DNA from: a virus
Taxonomy: Duplodnaviria; Caudoviricetes
Virus record (IMG/VR): IMGVR_UViG_3300020213_000034
Span: 611-64,610 of that record
DNA length: 64,000 nucleotides
Reading direction: 5' to 3' (one strand)
This document shows, one piece after another, positions 13,809-23,076 of the stretch. The notes under the pieces are model-generated. The model made no database searches, was not told the DNA's origin, and saw only the letters and a list, made by a program, of their open reading frames with translations. Position 1 is the first letter of the stretch. Each line of letters begins with the position of its first letter. The position numbers and the translations under genes were made by a program.

Positions 13809-13892
13809 CGGCTTGTGGTGGAACAGCAGACACAGGGCGCTCAAAACGCCCCGCCTAACCGCGTGAGGGTGCGATTCCCTCCTTGCCGACCA
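13809..13892 (+). tRNA. tRNA-Leu(CAA)
   Basis: loop CTCAAAA; long variable arm; CCA. Confidence 0.9.
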
Positions 13893-13899
13893 ATTTCAT

Positions 13900-13990
13900 A
13901 GTCTCGTGTCCCAGCGGACCCGGAGGATTTATACCCCTCAGTGCGCCAGATTAGCGCCGTGACTGGGGGCAGCACCCAGCGGGACTACCA
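13900..13990 (+). tRNA. tRNA-Ile(TAT) with long variable arm
   Basis: GAGGA-TTTATAC-CCCTC; variable stem GCGC/GCGC; AGTCTCG/CGGGACT acceptor; CCA. Confidence 0.8.
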
Positions 13991-13994
13991 TTTC

Positions 13995-14066
13995 GCAGAT
14001 GCCTTCAGCAAGGCAGCGGCTTTCGTAAAGCTGATGAAGTCGGGGCAGCACCGACCTTCTGCTCCA
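13995..14066 (+). tRNA. tRNA-Thr(CGT)
   Basis: loop TTCGTAA; U73; CCA. Confidence 0.8.
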
Positions 14067-14072
14067 TTTCAT

Positions 14073-14146
14073 GTTGGCTTGTATTCAGCAATCCTACCGC
14101 CCTTGTAGCGCGGAAGAAGCCGGGGCAGCACCGGCAGCCAACTCCA
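14073..14146 (+). tRNA. tRNA-Thr(TGT)
   Basis: loop CTTGTAG; U73; CCA. Confidence 0.8.
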
Positions 14147-14152
14147 TTTCAT

Positions 14153-14231
14153 CAGGGGAAGTAGTGTAACGCAGCAAACACTGGAGATTGTGAACCTCCG
14201 ATTGTGGGTGCAAATCCCGCCCCCCTGACCA
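14153..14231 (+). tRNA. tRNA-His(GTG) lacking G-1/C73
   Basis: loop TTGTGAA; acceptor CAGGGG/CCCCTG; A73; CCA. Confidence 0.85.
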
Positions 14232-14235
14232 TTTC

Positions 14236-14310
14236 CCCGTCATAGCTCAAGAGACAGAGCAAGCCCCTGCGAAGGGCGAGATTGCAGTGCGAGTCTGCAT
14301 GATGGGACCA
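14236..14310 (+). tRNA. tRNA-Arg(GCG)
   Basis: loop CTGCGAA; CCA. Confidence 0.88.
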
Positions 14311-14314
14311 TTTC

Positions 14315-14391
14315 GTCTCGTTACATCAATCATATAGACCCGGGCCTTCTAAGCCTTGTGGATGCTGGTGAGAGCCCAGCACGAGACACCA
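14315..14391 (+). tRNA. tRNA-Arg(TCT)
   Basis: loop CTTCTAA; T-loop TGAGAGC; CCA. Confidence 0.85.
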
Positions 14392-14394
14392 ATT

Positions 14395-14464
14395 TGCGGA
14401 TACTTATTGGGGTAGTGCCCAAGCCCAAAGGACGGCACCAAGTCCGAGTAAGGTAATATCCGTG
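14395..14464 (+). ncRNA. long interrupted hairpin RNA
   Basis: GCGGATA/TATCCGT, CTTATT/AGTAAG and GTGCC/GGCAC nested stems. Confidence 0.4.
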
Positions 14465-14474
14465 ATATATTTTT

Positions 14475-14549
14475 GCTCCATTCGTCCAATGTACAGGGCC
14501 TGCGTCTTCGGAACGCATGATGAGGGTTAGATTCCTTCATGGAGCGCCA
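14475..14549 (+). tRNA. tRNA-Arg(TCG)
   Basis: loop CTTCGGA; CCA. Confidence 0.9.
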
Positions 14550-14567
14550 CTTTATAAAAACCATCAC

Positions 14568-14642
14568 TCTCTTGTAGCACAAAGGACAGTGCGGCGGTTT
14601 CCTAAACCGTTGATGCGGGTTCAAGTCCCGCCGAGAGAACCA
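14568..14642 (+). tRNA. tRNA-Arg(CCT)
   Basis: loop TTCCTAA; CCA. Confidence 0.92.
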
Positions 14643-14645
14643 TTT

Positions 14646-14731
14646 GGAGACGCAATCCAGCGGGGCTGGAACGGGCCTTGAAAACCCAGTGACGCGAAAG
14701 CGTTGGGATTCGATTTCTCGCGTCTCCGCCA
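14646..14731 (+). tRNA. tRNA-Ser(TGA), 8/4 fold
   Basis: 8-bp acceptor GGAGACGC/GCGTCTCC; 4-bp T stem; G73. Confidence 0.88.
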
Positions 14732-14735
14732 ATTT

Positions 14736-14823
14736 GGACAGTCAATCATGCAAGGCATGGCTCGCCCTCGAAAAGCGAAGGACGCAGCAATGCGTTGGGG
14801 TGCAACTCCTCGGCTCTCCGCCA
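14736..14823 (+). tRNA. tRNA-Ser(CGA), 8/4 fold
   Basis: GGACAGTC/GGCTCTCC; 6-bp D stem; loop CTCGAAA; G73. Confidence 0.88.
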
Positions 14824-14824
14824 C

Positions 14825-14912
14825 GGAAGGTTAACTGCTCAGGGAGCAGAACGCTCTGGAAAGGCGCTTGTTCGGGAAACCGGATGGGATTCGACTTCTC
14901 AGCCTTCCGCCA
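14825..14912 (+). tRNA. tRNA-Ser(GGA), 8/4 fold
   Basis: GGAAGGTT/AGCCTTCC; D stem CTGCTC/GAGCAG; loop CTGGAAA. Confidence 0.88.
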
Positions 14913-14916
14913 TTCT

Positions 14917-15007
14917 GGAGAGTGAACCAAGGCAGCCTTGGGATTCTTTGCTAAAGAAATCGTTCGGGCTTGACCCGGATTGGGGGCAGCACCTACTCTC
15001 TCCGCCA
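14917..15007 (+). tRNA. tRNA-Ser(GCT), 8/4 fold
   Basis: GGAGAGTG/CTCTCTCC; D stem CCAAGG/CCTTGG; loop TTGCTAA. Confidence 0.88.
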
Positions 15008-15020
15008 CTTCGAAACAAAA

Positions 15021-15638
15021 ATGAACATCAAGAACGTGCTCGGGCTACCCGTGCTTTCGCTCAACAAGAATTGGCAGGCTTACGACGACAGGAAGAACGT
15101 CAGAAGGGCATTCGAGGACATGACGTCCGGCATCGACCTACCAGCATTCTACGGGATGGACATCGAGCTTCACCCTGACGGCACGCTGATCTACGCCAAT
15201 CCGTGCGACATGGATGATTGGGAGCAGCTGGCCGTGCGTCCCGGGGACGACTTCATCTTCACTGGCCGCAGGAACATCCGCGCACCCCGGGTCATCATCA
15301 GCCGCAACTACGACAAGACCTCGGTCAAGCCAATCAAGCTTACCTACTCGGCCATCAAGAAGAGGGACAAGCAGCAGTGCCAATACTGCCGCCAGTTCTT
15401 TCCGCTCGAGGAGCTGAATGTTGACCACGTAACCCCCCGTCACCACGGCGGCGTGGACTCGTGGGATAACCTTGTATGCTCGTGCATCCCGTGCAACAGC
15501 AAGAAGGGGCACAAGCTGAACGAGGAAATCGGCTACGTTCCGCTGAATTCGCCCAAGCAGCCGTTGCCGCTTCCGGAAACATTCATTTCGAACGCCAAGC
15601 ACCCCAGCTGGATTCCGTTCATGGTGGCCGCGAAATAG
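15021..15638 (+). CDS. HNH endonuclease (McrA-like), tRNA-array associated
   Basis: RD...CQYC...LNVDHVTPR..GG.DSWDNLV.SC.PCN.KKG. Confidence 0.9.
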   Translation: MNIKNVLGLPVLSLNKNWQAYDDRKNVRRAFEDMTSGIDLPAFYGMDIELHPDGTLIYANPCDMDDWEQLAVRPGDDFIFTGRRNIRAPRVIISRNYDKTSVKPIKLTYSAIKKRDKQQCQYCRQFFPLEELNVDHVTPRHHGGVDSWDNLVCSCIPCNSKKGHKLNEEIGYVPLNSPKQPLPLPETFISNAKHPSWIPFMVAAK

Positions 15639-15676
15639 GTCTTGACCATTCCTGTTCCCGCGGTCACCACTGGTGT

Positions 15677-16060
15677 ATGAAAACCTCAGAACACCCGGGA
15701 AAGATCGCAATGGACAAGGTGCTGTTCGACGCAGCCACTGGCAATGCTACGGACCTAACCGCCTACTCGGCTATAGTCTACCTGCACCAGCGCTTGGAGG
15801 AAGTCGAAAGCAGGCTGGCAGATCGCAATCGAGCATTCAAGCCGCCGGCCCCAGAGGAGGTCGCGGCCTATGCCGCCACCATCACCTTCTCCCTAGATGG
15901 CGCCACGTTCTGCGATTACTACGCAACCCGAAACTGGTGTGTCGGGAAAATAAAAATGAAGGACTGGAAAGCGTGCGTGCGGACATGGAAATCGCGCCGC
16001 GCCCAAGACGTCCCGAAACGCGGCAACGCTGCCCAGAGTCAATTTGGAGACAAGTTTTAA
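15677..16060 (+). CDS. phage replication initiator C-terminal-like protein
   Basis: FKPP..EEV.AY....F.DYY...NW.VGK.KMKDWKA.VRTW, directly upstream of a DnaC-like gene. Confidence 0.7.
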   Translation: MKTSEHPGKIAMDKVLFDAATGNATDLTAYSAIVYLHQRLEEVESRLADRNRAFKPPAPEEVAAYAATITFSLDGATFCDYYATRNWCVGKIKMKDWKACVRTWKSRRAQDVPKRGNAAQSQFGDKF

Positions 16061-16779
16061 TGAAGCTCGAAGAGGTTGAAGTTCGAGACACCGCCAAGCC
16101 GCTAGACGTCGTCGTCCCCGGCTATATTCCTCCCGCCGTTCCGCCAACCCCCGAGCAGCGGGCCTCAGAGCTTGAGCGCCTTGCCCGTGACTACATCGCC
16201 CGCGCTCGCAAGCAGGACGCAATCGCACGCTACGAGGCCTACTGCCCACCGGAATACAAGAGCTATGATCGCAATCACCCGGTGGCTGCGGCGAACATGG
16301 AGAACATCAATCGTATCTTGTCGTGGAAATACGGAAAGAGGGGCCTGCTTGTGACGGGACCGACCGGTGTCAACAAGACGCGCTCGCTCTGGGGGCTGAC
16401 GCGCCGGCTGGCCCATGATGACGGTGTGGATTTCCGCTACTACAACGCATCAGACTGGCTCTCTGGCCTTCACGAGTGCGTGAAGTATGGGCGCGATGAG
16501 GCAAAGGGGTGGGTGGACAAGCTCGGCTGGTGCCCGCTGGTCATCATCGATGACTGGGGGCAGGAGGCTACGCTGAAGTCCCGGGAGGATTGGGCGCAGG
16601 CGTGGTTCTTCCGCTTCCTTGACTTGCGCATCGAGCGCGGCCTTCCTGTCGTCATGACCACCAACCTCAAGGCCCGCGACATCGCTGAGCGTTCGGACGC
16701 CATCCGCGGCGACCCCCTTATCCGTCGCATGCTCGAGATCATGGATGTCGTCAACTTCTGGCCTCAGGACAGAAAATGA
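16060..16779 (+). CDS. DnaC/IstB-like AAA+ helicase loader
   Basis: GLLVTGPTGVNKT (Walker A variant), VIIDDWG.E, TTNL, RRM. Confidence 0.8.
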   Translation: MKLEEVEVRDTAKPLDVVVPGYIPPAVPPTPEQRASELERLARDYIARARKQDAIARYEAYCPPEYKSYDRNHPVAAANMENINRILSWKYGKRGLLVTGPTGVNKTRSLWGLTRRLAHDDGVDFRYYNASDWLSGLHECVKYGRDEAKGWVDKLGWCPLVIIDDWGQEATLKSREDWAQAWFFRFLDLRIERGLPVVMTTNLKARDIAERSDAIRGDPLIRRMLEIMDVVNFWPQDRK

Positions 16780-17342
16780 GACTGCGCATCAATCGCAAGC
16801 ACATGAGTCAACCGCATGGCGGTTGGGGCTACCCGGTTCCCGATGGCCCCGTGCTGAACGCGGACACGGTTGATGCGCTGGTCGAGAAGCTCTCCGACTA
16901 CCGCGAGGCGAATGGGCAGCCTGTTGGCGAACCCGAGCATGACATCGCCAAGCATCACGCGGCGAAGTGGCCTTGGCTGATTGAGGAGATCGAGGACGCG
17001 GACGTCGAGCTTAACGAGGCTGAGGCTTGGATTCACCGCGTCTGGCGATCCCCGCCGCTGCGTCAGGCGGAGACACGCGCCAGAGAGGAGCGATTTTCTC
17101 AATGCCTCAAGTGCGTCCATTTCGAGCCGCTCGACACCGAATCGCTGACGAATGAGGCGGCGCGCCGACTCCTCTGCCTGAATCCGGCCAAGCACAGGCC
17201 GGAGCACGGCTGGTGCTTGCTTCGCGGGTGGATTCCTTCTGTTGCGGTCCAGATACAGGACCCATGGGAATTTGCCGATTGGACCGGCAAGGACAAGGCA
17301 TGCTGGCTTGACAAGGAAACAAAAACTGACATCACCAAATAA
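16776..17342 (+). CDS. hypothetical protein
   Basis: coupled 188-aa ORF with C-terminal Cys motifs. Confidence 0.7.
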   Translation: MRLRINRKHMSQPHGGWGYPVPDGPVLNADTVDALVEKLSDYREANGQPVGEPEHDIAKHHAAKWPWLIEEIEDADVELNEAEAWIHRVWRSPPLRQAETRAREERFSQCLKCVHFEPLDTESLTNEAARRLLCLNPAKHRPEHGWCLLRGWIPSVAVQIQDPWEFADWTGKDKACWLDKETKTDITK

Positions 17343-17539
17343 TGAAGCACACTACGGCAGCGTTCGGAGGAACCTACAATCACAAGGTCATCAAAGAGTT
17401 GCGCGCAAAGCTGGCGCAGAGCAACCTGATTTTGACGGCGCTTGTTCAGCACAGCGAGATCAGCGAGGAAGAGCTGAAGGCCATCGTCAGTGATTTCATG
17501 GCGAAGCAGTACGCCCAGCTGACCAAGCGCGGGGTATAA
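17342..17539 (+). CDS. hypothetical protein
   Basis: coupled 65-aa ORF. Confidence 0.6.
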   Translation: MKHTTAAFGGTYNHKVIKELRAKLAQSNLILTALVQHSEISEEELKAIVSDFMAKQYAQLTKRGV

Positions 17540-17594
17540 GAAAAGCTTATATTGGCCTTGACCGGCCCGGGTTTTGCGCCATTTTCACCACGAA

Positions 17595-19745
17595 ATGGTT
17601 AAAAATCCGAAAAAACTGGCCAAATCGAATCCTTTTGGGGTAGCCGATCCTTATGCATCAAGTATCGGGAATTCGCCGGAAGTCTCCGAGAAGACACTAG
17701 ACTCCGACAATCGGGTCATCACCAGTGTCGATCAGGCCATTTCGGTCATCGACACGCTGCAGTGGGACGCGCAGAAGCTCGTCAAGAATGCGGCAAAGAT
17801 CACGTCGTTGAAACAAGGCCGCAAGCCTTACGACAGCAAGACCCTGCAGAAGCAGGGCAAGGGCTACAAGACGAACATGTCGTCTGGCACCTACGCAACG
17901 ACGCTGCGCCGCGTTGCCCCGAAACTCTACATGCCGTTGCTCAGTGCGAGCACTCTGACCGCGGCGGAACTGCCCGCCGGAACCCCGAACGGGGAACAGA
18001 AGACGGAACACTACCGCGAGACGATCACCAACGCCATCCGCTCGTGGCCTCGCTGGAGCACCTTCGTCCGACTCCTGACTCAGGAAGTCGTTGACTACGG
18101 TTTCGTGTTTTCTGCCTTCACCGACCGCTATGAGTGGCGCCCGCACCTGTGCCGCATGGACCGCGGATTCGTCCCGGCCGGCACGGAGGTCATGGATTTG
18201 GAGCCGGCATTCTTCGCCCTGCAGTGGGACTACCAGCCGAGCCAGCTGCTGAAGATCGCCAAAGACGCAGCCGATGCCGGCGTTGATGGATGGGACAAGG
18301 AAGCTGTGGCCAAGGCCGTGCAGCAGTCCAAGCCTTCCACCGCCCCGACCCGCGAGCCAACGGGCTGGCGCAAGTGGGAGGAGCTGGTGCGCGAGCAAGT
18401 GTGGAGCTACGCGACGTCCAAGAATTTCCGCGTCGTGGAGTCGATCCACCTTTTCGCCCTCGAGAATGATGGCAAGGTGTCTCACTACATCGTCCTCAAG
18501 GAAGCTGAGGAGGATTTCCAGCTGCTATACGAAAAGGTTGATGCCTTCGATAGCATGGCTAATGTCGTCACGCCGCTGACGTTCAACTCGACCGACGGCA
18601 CCATCCACGGCTCGTGGGGCGCCGGCCATCTTCTTTACGACTTGGGCGGTCTGCAGGAAAAGATTTTCTGCGACATGGTGGATAATCTGCGCAACGCCAA
18701 CAAGCAGCGCCTTCAGGTCAAGAATCCGGCTGACATCAACGACGTCAAGCAGGTGGTAAACGACACCGAGGTCATCGTTTCCGGCGCTGAGTTCGCCAAC
18801 AATTTGGGTGGCGTGCAGCAGAATGTCGATGCCTACCAAGTGCTCCGCAACCTGCTCTTGCAGGCCATGGACTCAAAGGTCGGTGCGTATGTTCCGCCAA
18901 TCCCGATGCAGAGTTCGGACATCAAAGCGGCACAGGTCAACGCCGCCATGATTCAGGAGAAGGAGATTTCGGATGACGCCACCGAACACTATCTCGCTCA
19001 GCTTGCTTGGGTAATCTGGGCAATAGAGCGCAGGCTCACCGACCCGGATTCTCCGCAGCCGAAAGCCAAGGAAGTCCGCGAGGCCCTGCTCAAGGTCCTG
19101 ACGAAGGATGAGATCGAAATTCTGCGCAGCCAGCCGGCCATTCGCTCCGTCACCAACTTTACGCCGCTTGCGGCCCAGTCCCGCGCCCAATTTGCCACGC
19201 AATTTCTCGGCAATCAGCTCTTCAAGCAGACCGAGCTGGCGAAGCTCATTGCCAACGGCGTTCCTTCCGGAGGCACGCGCCTTGCCGAGGCAACAGTTGT
19301 GCAGGATGGAGACCAGACGCAGACGACTGCGGCCCAGCGCCAGCAGTTGCTCGAGAACGCCGTCATGACCCTCGGTCAGGACGTCCCGGTGCTTATCACC
19401 GACAACCACTGGGTCCACATGCAGACCATGAAGGGACCGCTGACTCAGGCCGTTCAGGCCAAGATGCTTGTTCAGGGCAAGGCCGGGCTCCGTCACTACA
19501 CGGCACACTGGACTGCGGGCGTCGCCCAGAAGACGCTGCCCGACGAAGCAATCAACAAGGAGAAGTCATTCATTGCTGACGTCGAGAAGGCGCTTGCCGC
19601 AATCGAGCAACAGCAGCAGATGCAGCAAGCCCAGCAGGCCCAACAGCAGCAGATGCAGCAGATGCAGGGGGGCGGTGGCGGTGGCGAGGTTGCTCAGATG
19701 CCTCCTGATATGCAGCAGATGCAGCAGATGCAGCCCGGCGCTTAA
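17595..19745 (+). CDS. putative portal protein
   Basis: ~716 aa, first large gene of the structural block, helical, Gln/Met-rich C-terminal tail typical of podovirus portals; positional inference. Confidence 0.65.
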   Translation: MVKNPKKLAKSNPFGVADPYASSIGNSPEVSEKTLDSDNRVITSVDQAISVIDTLQWDAQKLVKNAAKITSLKQGRKPYDSKTLQKQGKGYKTNMSSGTYATTLRRVAPKLYMPLLSASTLTAAELPAGTPNGEQKTEHYRETITNAIRSWPRWSTFVRLLTQEVVDYGFVFSAFTDRYEWRPHLCRMDRGFVPAGTEVMDLEPAFFALQWDYQPSQLLKIAKDAADAGVDGWDKEAVAKAVQQSKPSTAPTREPTGWRKWEELVREQVWSYATSKNFRVVESIHLFALENDGKVSHYIVLKEAEEDFQLLYEKVDAFDSMANVVTPLTFNSTDGTIHGSWGAGHLLYDLGGLQEKIFCDMVDNLRNANKQRLQVKNPADINDVKQVVNDTEVIVSGAEFANNLGGVQQNVDAYQVLRNLLLQAMDSKVGAYVPPIPMQSSDIKAAQVNAAMIQEKEISDDATEHYLAQLAWVIWAIERRLTDPDSPQPKAKEVREALLKVLTKDEIEILRSQPAIRSVTNFTPLAAQSRAQFATQFLGNQLFKQTELAKLIANGVPSGGTRLAEATVVQDGDQTQTTAAQRQQLLENAVMTLGQDVPVLITDNHWVHMQTMKGPLTQAVQAKMLVQGKAGLRHYTAHWTAGVAQKTLPDEAINKEKSFIADVEKALAAIEQQQQMQQAQQAQQQQMQQMQGGGGGGEVAQMPPDMQQMQQMQPGA

Positions 19746-19750
19746 TCACC

Positions 19751-21391
19751 ATGGCTGATTCATCGCTCAGGCCCCAAGTTGGCGACACGTCCAACCTCCT
19801 TCTCAAGAAGCTCGTAGAAGCTACGCAGGCGCTTGCGGCTGGTGGCGGAGGCGGTGGCATTCCAGACGCTCCAGTCGATGGAATAACTTACGGCAGAAAG
19901 GATGCTGCGTGGGTTGCTGTTCAGGCGGGATACATCGATGGCGATGTCCAGTTCTACGCCGACCTTCCGATCACGATTGGAACCCCAGCGCTGGACTCGG
20001 CGTATCTGGTGCGCGAGCCATCCGGCGTTTGGTTGGTCAACTACCACCCGGCCGGCATCTATATCCGCACGGGAAATTCTGGCGCGTTGTCCGACTGGAC
20101 ATACGCAGGAGAATTCCCTGATGTTTTTAGTGACGCGAACTTTCAGGTCTATAACGCAGCGGATGCCACCAAGCAGCTGAAGTTTGGGGTCGGCCTTATT
20201 ACTCCAGCCACGGTTCGAACCGCGCAGTGGCCGGACAAAGATGGCACTGTTGCTATGCTGGATGACGTCCAGCCGGGCCCAACCGGTCCTACGGGTCCTA
20301 CTGGAGCCGCTTCTACAGTCGCAGGCCCAACCGGCCCAACAGGCCCAACGGGTGCTAACTCTACTGTGGCCGGCCCGACTGGCCCGACCGGTGCTAACTC
20401 TACTGTGGCTGGCCCGACTGGCCCGACCGGTGCTAACTCTACTGTGGCTGGTCCAACCGGTCCTACGGGGCCGGTATCAACTGTGGCCGGTCCAACCGGT
20501 CCCACTGGCGCGAACTCCACGGTGGCCGGACCCACGGGCCCAACAGGGCCAACAGGACCGACCGGTGCAAATTCTACGGTGGCCGGCCCGACAGGCCCAA
20601 CCGGTCCGACAGGCCCAACAGGTGCAGATTCTACTGTGGCTGGCCCGACAGGCCCGACTGGCCCGACCGGTGCAAACTCTACGGTGGCCGGCCCAACCGG
20701 ACCAACCGGTCCGACCGGTGCTAACTCTACGGTGGCTGGCCCAACCGGGCCAACAGGGCCAACCGGTCCAACTGGGCCAACTGGTGCAAATTCTACGGTA
20801 GCCGGTCCAACAGGACCAACAGGACCAACAGGTCCAACTGGTGCTGACTCTACGGTGGCTGGCCCAACCGGGCCAACAGGGCCGGCCACGGCTCTCTACA
20901 ACGCGAACGCCACTGATGTCGTGGCCAACGCCACCGACACTTATCTAACCGGCTCCGCGCTCACGGTCTCTGGATTCATCAAGGTCGGATCAACCCTGCG
21001 CTGGTCCCTCATGGCCAGCAAGACGGTAGCGGGCACAGCGGTCCCGACCTATAATATCCGATTCGGCGCGGGAGGCACCCTGACCGACACGGCCCGCATC
21101 ACCACAACCGGCGTCGCCCAGACTGCTGCGACCGACTTTGCCCGCATCGACATTGTCGCGGTAGTCCGTGCCCTCGGCGCCACCACCGTCGTTGCTGGTG
21201 GCCACTGCTTGCAGCACAGCAACGGCGTTATCGGCTTCAAGAACGACGAGGGAAACAACATTGCCAGCGCCACATCCGCCGCATTTGATTCCACGCCGGG
21301 CAGCACGCAGGCCGGCATCTCCATCAATCCCGGCGCTGCTGGGGTCTGGACATTTCAAGTGGTTTCTGCGTGTCTTGAGAACACCGCATGA
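19751..21391 (+). CDS. collagen-like virion fibre protein
   Basis: [15 protein letters not shown] fibritin/foldon-like motif; (GPT)n repeats broken 12 times by G-x-x-STVA. Confidence 0.85.
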   Translation: MADSSLRPQVGDTSNLLLKKLVEATQALAAGGGGGGIPDAPVDGITYGRKDAAWVAVQAGYIDGDVQFYADLPITIGTPALDSAYLVREPSGVWLVNYHPAGIYIRTGNSGALSDWTYAGEFPDVFSDANFQVYNAADATKQLKFGVGLITPATVRTAQWPDKDGTVAMLDDVQPGPTGPTGPTGAASTVAGPTGPTGPTGANSTVAGPTGPTGANSTVAGPTGPTGANSTVAGPTGPTGPVSTVAGPTGPTGANSTVAGPTGPTGPTGPTGANSTVAGPTGPTGPTGPTGADSTVAGPTGPTGPTGANSTVAGPTGPTGPTGANSTVAGPTGPTGPTGPTGPTGANSTVAGPTGPTGPTGPTGADSTVAGPTGPTGPATALYNANATDVVANATDTYLTGSALTVSGFIKVGSTLRWSLMASKTVAGTAVPTYNIRFGAGGTLTDTARITTTGVAQTAATDFARIDIVAVVRALGATTVVAGGHCLQHSNGVIGFKNDEGNNIASATSAAFDSTPGSTQAGISINPGAAGVWTFQVVSACLENTA

Positions 21392-22452
21392 GATTCCATG
21401 TTGCAGCCCTACCCAATGTTCAGACTACCCGCGCTTATTCACTGTGCGGTTTTTGCATGGCGACGATTCGCTTTTGCGCCTTGCTCAAAGAGCTTGGGCA
21501 CACCGTTTATCTCTACGCATCAGAGGAAAACGAAGCCCCTTGCGACGAGCTGATCGCTGTCATCACGAAAGAGGAGCAGCAGACAATCATCGGGAAAGGG
21601 GAGTATCAACACGCGACGACCGACGCGCAATATCCGCTCTGGGCCCTATCGAATTCTCGCACTATAAAAGAAATTGAGAAGCGCAAGCAGCCGCGTGATT
21701 TCATCTGCATTATTGGCGGCGTGTCTCAGGAGGCTTTGGCCAAGGCCCACCCCGACCTGATGACAGTGGAATACTCCATCGGCTACGTCAGTTCGTTCTC
21801 CAAATACAAGGTCTTTGAAAGCCACGCTTGGAGGCACATGACCTACGGCGCGTGCCACGACGTTATGGGGCATTTCTTCGATGTCGTCATCCCGCTATCC
21901 TATGACGAGACGGAGTTTCGATTCAACCCCACGCCCGAGCCATTCGCCCTTTATGTTGGGCGCCTGATCCCGAACAAGGGCCTTTCCATCGCGTGCGAGG
22001 CCGCGAAGGAGGCCGGCGTCCCCCTAAAGGTCATCGGCCACGGAGACAAATCCCTGATTACCCATGGCGCGGAATACCTCGGGGCGTTGTCGATGGAGGA
22101 ACGGAACGAATGGATGGCTCGCGCCTCCATGTTGCTATGCCCAACTTTCTACGTTGAACCATTCGGCGGCGTGGCAGTCGAGGCGCAGCTTTGCGGAACG
22201 CCTGTAGTTGCCACCGACTTCGGCGGATTCCTCGACACTATTGAGGAAGGCAAGACCGGCTACCACTGCAACTACATGGGGGGATTTGTGGACGCCATCA
22301 AGAGGGCGCCCGCCCTAGACCGGGCCTACATCCGGGAGAGAGCGGTTTCCACCTACTCCATTCATGCCGTAAAGCATGCCTACGAACATTACTTCAAGCG
22401 GCTGATGCTCCTATGGGGCGACGGATTCAATAGTCTGGAGGTAATCAAATAA
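21388..22452 (+). CDS. glycosyltransferase family 4 (GT-B)
   Basis: [31 protein letters not shown]. Confidence 0.9.
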   Translation: MRFHVAALPNVQTTRAYSLCGFCMATIRFCALLKELGHTVYLYASEENEAPCDELIAVITKEEQQTIIGKGEYQHATTDAQYPLWALSNSRTIKEIEKRKQPRDFICIIGGVSQEALAKAHPDLMTVEYSIGYVSSFSKYKVFESHAWRHMTYGACHDVMGHFFDVVIPLSYDETEFRFNPTPEPFALYVGRLIPNKGLSIACEAAKEAGVPLKVIGHGDKSLITHGAEYLGALSMEERNEWMARASMLLCPTFYVEPFGGVAVEAQLCGTPVVATDFGGFLDTIEEGKTGYHCNYMGGFVDAIKRAPALDRAYIRERAVSTYSIHAVKHAYEHYFKRLMLLWGDGFNSLEVIK

Positions 22453-22529
22453 GCACTGGATCGCGTGCAAACTTTGGCGGTCAAGGATCATGCGATTTCT
22501 GGTTGACATAGTATTAGTTTTTCTGCTGT

Positions 22530-22823
22530 ATGCAGAAAATGGAACCAGAGCCTCCGATCCTGACTGTTGAGTGCCGCGACGGCATTACCGCTCGCGTGCA
22601 GCGCGTTCCGTATGAGGGAACGGGTGGCGGCGTGATTACTTTTGGCCACCGCATGCATCCCGTGCTTCCGAGATACGACGAGTCCGGCGACCGCAACGAA
22701 GGGCCGGACATCTGGTATCAGGACGGTCACTGGCTCGAGAATATGCAGAGCCATCCGTTTGACATCATCCGTATCATCAAGGTCACCGCCGCCGCGCTAA
22801 CCCCTGTGCAATCCCATGCCTGA
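22530..22823 (+). CDS. hypothetical protein
   Basis: ORF downstream of TTGACA at 22503. Confidence 0.55.
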   Translation: MQKMEPEPPILTVECRDGITARVQRVPYEGTGGGVITFGHRMHPVLPRYDESGDRNEGPDIWYQDGHWLENMQSHPFDIIRIIKVTAAALTPVQSHA

Positions 22824-23070
22824 AATCTCCAAATTCCTCCGCCGCGCCGACCGTCAAGTATGGTCGCGCTTCCTGAACAGTGAAGAGGGCCAGCGCGGCT
22901 TGGCCTATCTGAAGCTTTCGTGCCCTCGCTCCAAGGAGGACACAGAGGCGTCCCTGATTCGCAATGCCGTGGGATTCGATTTCTGGCACAAGAGCATTGA
23001 CGCCATGGAATCCCTCGGGGAAGTCCCCGAAAAGCCAGTCATTCAAGAAGAAGACGCCCTAGAGCGATAA
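22816..23070 (+). CDS. Bbp19-like small head-associated protein
   Basis: W..FLNSEEGQRGLAYL, in the typical position before the scaffold gene. Confidence 0.55.
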   Translation: MPEISKFLRRADRQVWSRFLNSEEGQRGLAYLKLSCPRSKEDTEASLIRNAVGFDFWHKSIDAMESLGEVPEKPVIQEEDALER

Positions 23071-23076
23071 TCATTT

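Noticed and set aside
10332-15007. Suppressor tRNAs or stop-codon recoding
   Set aside because: No CTA, TTA or TCA anticodon when loops are read as 7 nt; long genes are intact in the standard code.
10168-15008. Numerous short ORFs in the ORF track across the array
   Set aside because: They overlap clear tRNA/ncRNA structures; only 11643-11999 looks like a real gene.
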